18,473 nt of DNA, from positions 1-18,473 of the forward strand of contig JBDRIL010000013.1 of assembly GCA_043815885.1 (NCBI GenBank). Direction: 5' to 3'. The stretch is from an archaeon. Lineage in GTDB: Archaea; Iainarchaeota; Iainarchaeia; Iainarchaeales; 1-14-0-10-31-34. The notes below the pieces were generated by a model that was not told the DNA's origin, ran no database searches, and saw nothing but the letters and a program-made list of their open reading frames with translations. The translations under genes were made by a program, and so were the position numbers. Below, in pieces: positions 16,147 to 18,473 of the stretch; within the stretch, counting starts at the first letter, position 1, and the number at the start of each line of letters is the position of its first letter.

Positions 16147-16643
16147 GGAAAGGAATTGGAAGAAAAGGGCAGGCTTCCATAGAATTCATGCTGTTAATTG
16201 TATTGATCTTGCTTTACATTCAGACAATAATCCAGCCAATGATTATAGAGGGAACGAATTCACTGGATGACACAATGAGGGTAGGCAGATCAAGATTTGC
16301 AGCAGAAAAGTTAGCCAATACCATAAATTACGTGAATTCATTGAGCGGGGAAGCAAAGAGTACAGTAAGCATATTCATTCCTGACAGGAGCAGGATTTAT
16401 TGCGACGATACTGACAATGAAATAAAGTTTGTAAGTTCAATTGATTCAGAGATTGCTCAATGCAACCTGGATGGGGTCCCTGAAGACTGCGATAAAAGCT
16501 TTGGATTAATGTCAGACATAACACTGCAGTGCAACCTCATTCCTTATGGAAGTTATATTGATTCAAATGCTGCTGGAGGAAATCCAGTGAAGTTCACTGT
16601 TGAGAGGCTTTCTAATGGAACAATTCTTGTTTCTAACGAGTAA
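16128..16643 (+). CDS. Minor pilin with class III signal peptide (171 aa)
   Basis: RKG|QASIEFMLLIVLILL followed by AAEKLANTINYV...G and a globular domain with 4 Cys. Confidence 0.85.
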   Translation: MEYDFIRKGIGRKGQASIEFMLLIVLILLYIQTIIQPMIIEGTNSLDDTMRVGRSRFAAEKLANTINYVNSLSGEAKSTVSIFIPDRSRIYCDDTDNEIKFVSSIDSEIAQCNLDGVPEDCDKSFGLMSDITLQCNLIPYGSYIDSNAAGGNPVKFTVERLSNGTILVSNE

Positions 16644-16989
16644 AGGCCAAACCAGTTTTGAAATGCTTTTAGTAGTGGCATTAATTATTTCAATTGCAAT
16701 CCTTATTCTTGGAAACTACTTTGAACTGGATGATTCCACTATTGCTTTAGCAGTATTAAAGACAAGGACTGTTGAAAAACTGGCAGAAGAGGATTCCCTT
16801 TACGTAATAAAAAAGATTGATTACGTGGAACAGGCAAGCAATAAAATTGACTTAAATATTTCTACTTTTCCTCCAGATTTGGATAGTTATCCTGATGCTG
16901 AAGAGATTGCCAGTGAGATAGCTTCAAAGACCTCTTATGATAAAGACAAGATTACTATTACAATTAATATTACTCCGGTTTGGCCTTAG
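16615..16989 (+). CDS. Minor pilin with class III signal peptide (about 124 aa)
   Basis: SKG|QTSFEMLLVVALIISIAILIL. ATG 16615 (or TTG 16627) is preferred over 16600. Confidence 0.85.
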   Translation: MEQFLFLTSKGQTSFEMLLVVALIISIAILILGNYFELDDSTIALAVLKTRTVEKLAEEDSLYVIKKIDYVEQASNKIDLNISTFPPDLDSYPDAEEIASEIASKTSYDKDKITITINITPVWP

Positions 16990-16999
16990 AGTTGATTGA

Positions 17000-17569
17000 A
17001 TGATTGAAGGATTTCTAGAAAAAAGAATGCAGGGATTCAATCCAGGAAACTTTCTGGTTCTGAAACTACAGATAACGATAATCCTGATGCTTTTCTCTGT
17101 TTTCTTTAACTTTTTTCTTCCATTCAATTATTTTCTGGCTGTAATTGCTGTCTTGAGCGCTTACTTTTTGTTTGTTTTGTTATATGAGATAAGGAATAAA
17201 TTCAGTAAAGACTTCAAGTACTTCCTCATTATTTTTGGGGGATTGTTTGTTTTTGTTCATGCAGGATGGTTTATTCAATTGTTTTTATCCGGAGCAGAGA
17301 GACTGAATTTTTCCTTTGTATTGCTTTTTTTGCTTATAGTTTTCTTTGTAGTAGTAAAACTGTTTCTGGGAAAGGGCTTCACCAGAGGAAAGATTCTCTC
17401 AAGCAATGGAAAGATTACAGTGATTGAAACAGGGTTTGATATAAAAAGCTTCTCCAAAGGAGGAAAACAGGTATTTGAAACAAAAAAGAAGTACAGGGAA
17501 GGCGAAGAAGCAGAAATTGAACTCAAAAAAGGGTTCTTTGGTTCAGTGAAAAAGAAACTGAAGGAATGA
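17000..17569 (+). CDS. Membrane protein, DUF2101-like
   Basis: Four N-terminal TM helices plus a C-terminal beta domain (GKITVIETGFDIKSFSKGG...GEEAEIELKKGFFG). The family assignment is from recalled resemblance only. Confidence 0.55.
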   Translation: MIEGFLEKRMQGFNPGNFLVLKLQITIILMLFSVFFNFFLPFNYFLAVIAVLSAYFLFVLLYEIRNKFSKDFKYFLIIFGGLFVFVHAGWFIQLFLSGAERLNFSFVLLFLLIVFFVVVKLFLGKGFTRGKILSSNGKITVIETGFDIKSFSKGGKQVFETKKKYREGEEAEIELKKGFFGSVKKKLKE

Positions 17570-17627
17570 ATTCGTTCATTAACGATGAAAAATTCTTTTA
17601 ACCTTAATTTTTTTTAATTTCCTTTAA

Positions 17628-17999
17628 ATGGAGTTAAATGATTTCTTTATTTCCAGGATTGCCTTAATTTGCGCTGTTCTGGGTTTAATCATTCTGTTTT
17701 ATTTTTCCATTCAATCCGCTTATGCGGAAAAAGGGATTGAAGAAATAAGCAATGAATTAATTGGTTCAAGGGTTTCAGTGAAAGGATTTGTTGAAGATAA
17801 GTTCTTTGCAAAGGAAACTCTGTTCTTTAAACTGAGTGAAGGAAGAAATTCAATTCAGGTGGTTAAATTCAATCCTTCAGTGGAGGACTTTGAAGAAGTA
17901 AAAGGGAATTCTTTTGTTGAAGTCAGGGGTTCTGTACAGGAATACAAGAAAAACTTGGAGATAATTGCAGAAGAAGTAAAGAGAGTTGGTTATGAATGA
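17628..17999 (+). CDS. Membrane-anchored OB-fold protein
   Basis: N-terminal TM helix, then IGSRVSVKGFV...LFFKLSEG..SIQVVKF...VEVRGSVQEYKKNLEIIAEEV, a typical OB-fold pattern. Confidence 0.75.
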   Translation: MELNDFFISRIALICAVLGLIILFYFSIQSAYAEKGIEEISNELIGSRVSVKGFVEDKFFAKETLFFKLSEGRNSIQVVKFNPSVEDFEEVKGNSFVEVRGSVQEYKKNLEIIAEEVKRVGYE

Positions 18000-18473
18000 A
18001 ATAGTTTTTCCCTTAATAGGCTGTCTTGCCGGAGTGCTCACTGGATTGATTCCAGGAATTCATGTAAATACCATTGCATTACTTGTTCTTGCTATTGCTC
18101 CGGAAAATGACTTCAATTTTGTCTTGTTTTTGGTTTCAATGGCTGTGGTGCATTCATTCGTGGATTTCATTCCCTCAATTGGATTGGGCGCGCCTTCAAC
18201 AGATAACTTTCTTTCAGTGCTTCCGGGACACAGATTCCTGCTGAAAGGAAAGGGCTTCCAGGCAATAAAGCTTTCAGTGGTTGGAGGGGTTTTTGCTGGA
18301 GTGTTTTCTCTTCTGCTGCTTCCTGTCTATTTTCTTTTTCTAATTGAATTCATTGAATTGATTTCTTTTTTGATTCCATCCATTCTATTGTTTGTTCTTT
18401 TTTTAACGGTAATTTCAGAAAAAGGAGCAAAGAGAAAGGCATTTGCCTTGATTGTAATATTTTTTTCTGGGGC
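17992..18473 (+). CDS. TctA-family (tripartite tricarboxylate transporter permease-like) archaeal membrane protein, 3'-truncated; not in the ORF track
   Basis: From ATG 17992: MNEIVFPLIGCLAGVLTGLIPGIHVNT...HSFVDFIPSIGLGAPSTDNFLSVLPGHRFLLKGKGFQAIKLSVVGG; open to the window end. Confidence 0.85.
   Translation, partial: MNEIVFPLIGCLAGVLTGLIPGIHVNTIALLVLAIAPENDFNFVLFLVSMAVVHSFVDFIPSIGLGAPSTDNFLSVLPGHRFLLKGKGFQAIKLSVVGGVFAGVFSLLLLPVYFLFLIEFIELISFLIPSILLFVLFLTVISEKGAKRKAFALIVIFFSG

Noticed and set aside
8462..16989. Archaellum (flagellum) operon
   Set aside because: No ArlH/FlaH or ArlF/G and no archaellin-length subunits. Two TadB/C genes and Q+1/E+5 pilins indicate a type IV pilus.
1469..17526. 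Numerous short ORFs in the track nested in or antisense to the main genes
   Set aside because: They overlap well-supported genes and show the Ser/Phe/Ile-rich composition expected of antisense frames of purine-rich coding strands.

Overview
Archaeal genomic window, AT-rich. A DPANN-like lineage such as Iainarchaeota/Diapherotrites is plausible, but that is inference only. The left half (1-8233) is mostly housekeeping: the 3' part of a large membrane-anchored surface protein, a MiaB/MtaB-type tRNA methylthiotransferase, RFC small subunit, two small membrane proteins, a Cys-rich lipoprotein, an nreA DNA-repair gene split by a 2-nt frameshift, and a bacterial-type ThrRS. The right half (8462-16989) is a complete type IV pilus locus: a VirB11/CpaF/KlbA-family ATPase carrying a 515-aa Ser1 LAGLIDADG intein, two TadB/TadC-like platform proteins, five tiny (51-57 aa) class III signal-peptide pilins missed by the ORF track, an EppA-like A24 prepilin peptidase and two larger pilins. 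It is followed by DUF2101-like, OB-fold and TctA-like genes. The most unusual items are: (i) a 119-bp, 94%-identical, hairpin-rich inverted repeat pair (8249-8367 / 14039-14157) bracketing the ATPase-tadB-tadC-pilin block, with an adjacent copy that precisely lacks the 55-bp core; (ii) a tandem mini-pilin array with patchwise exact DNA identity and a conserved helical His stripe (HxxxH); (iii) an intein in the Asp box while the classical KlbA intein site is empty.
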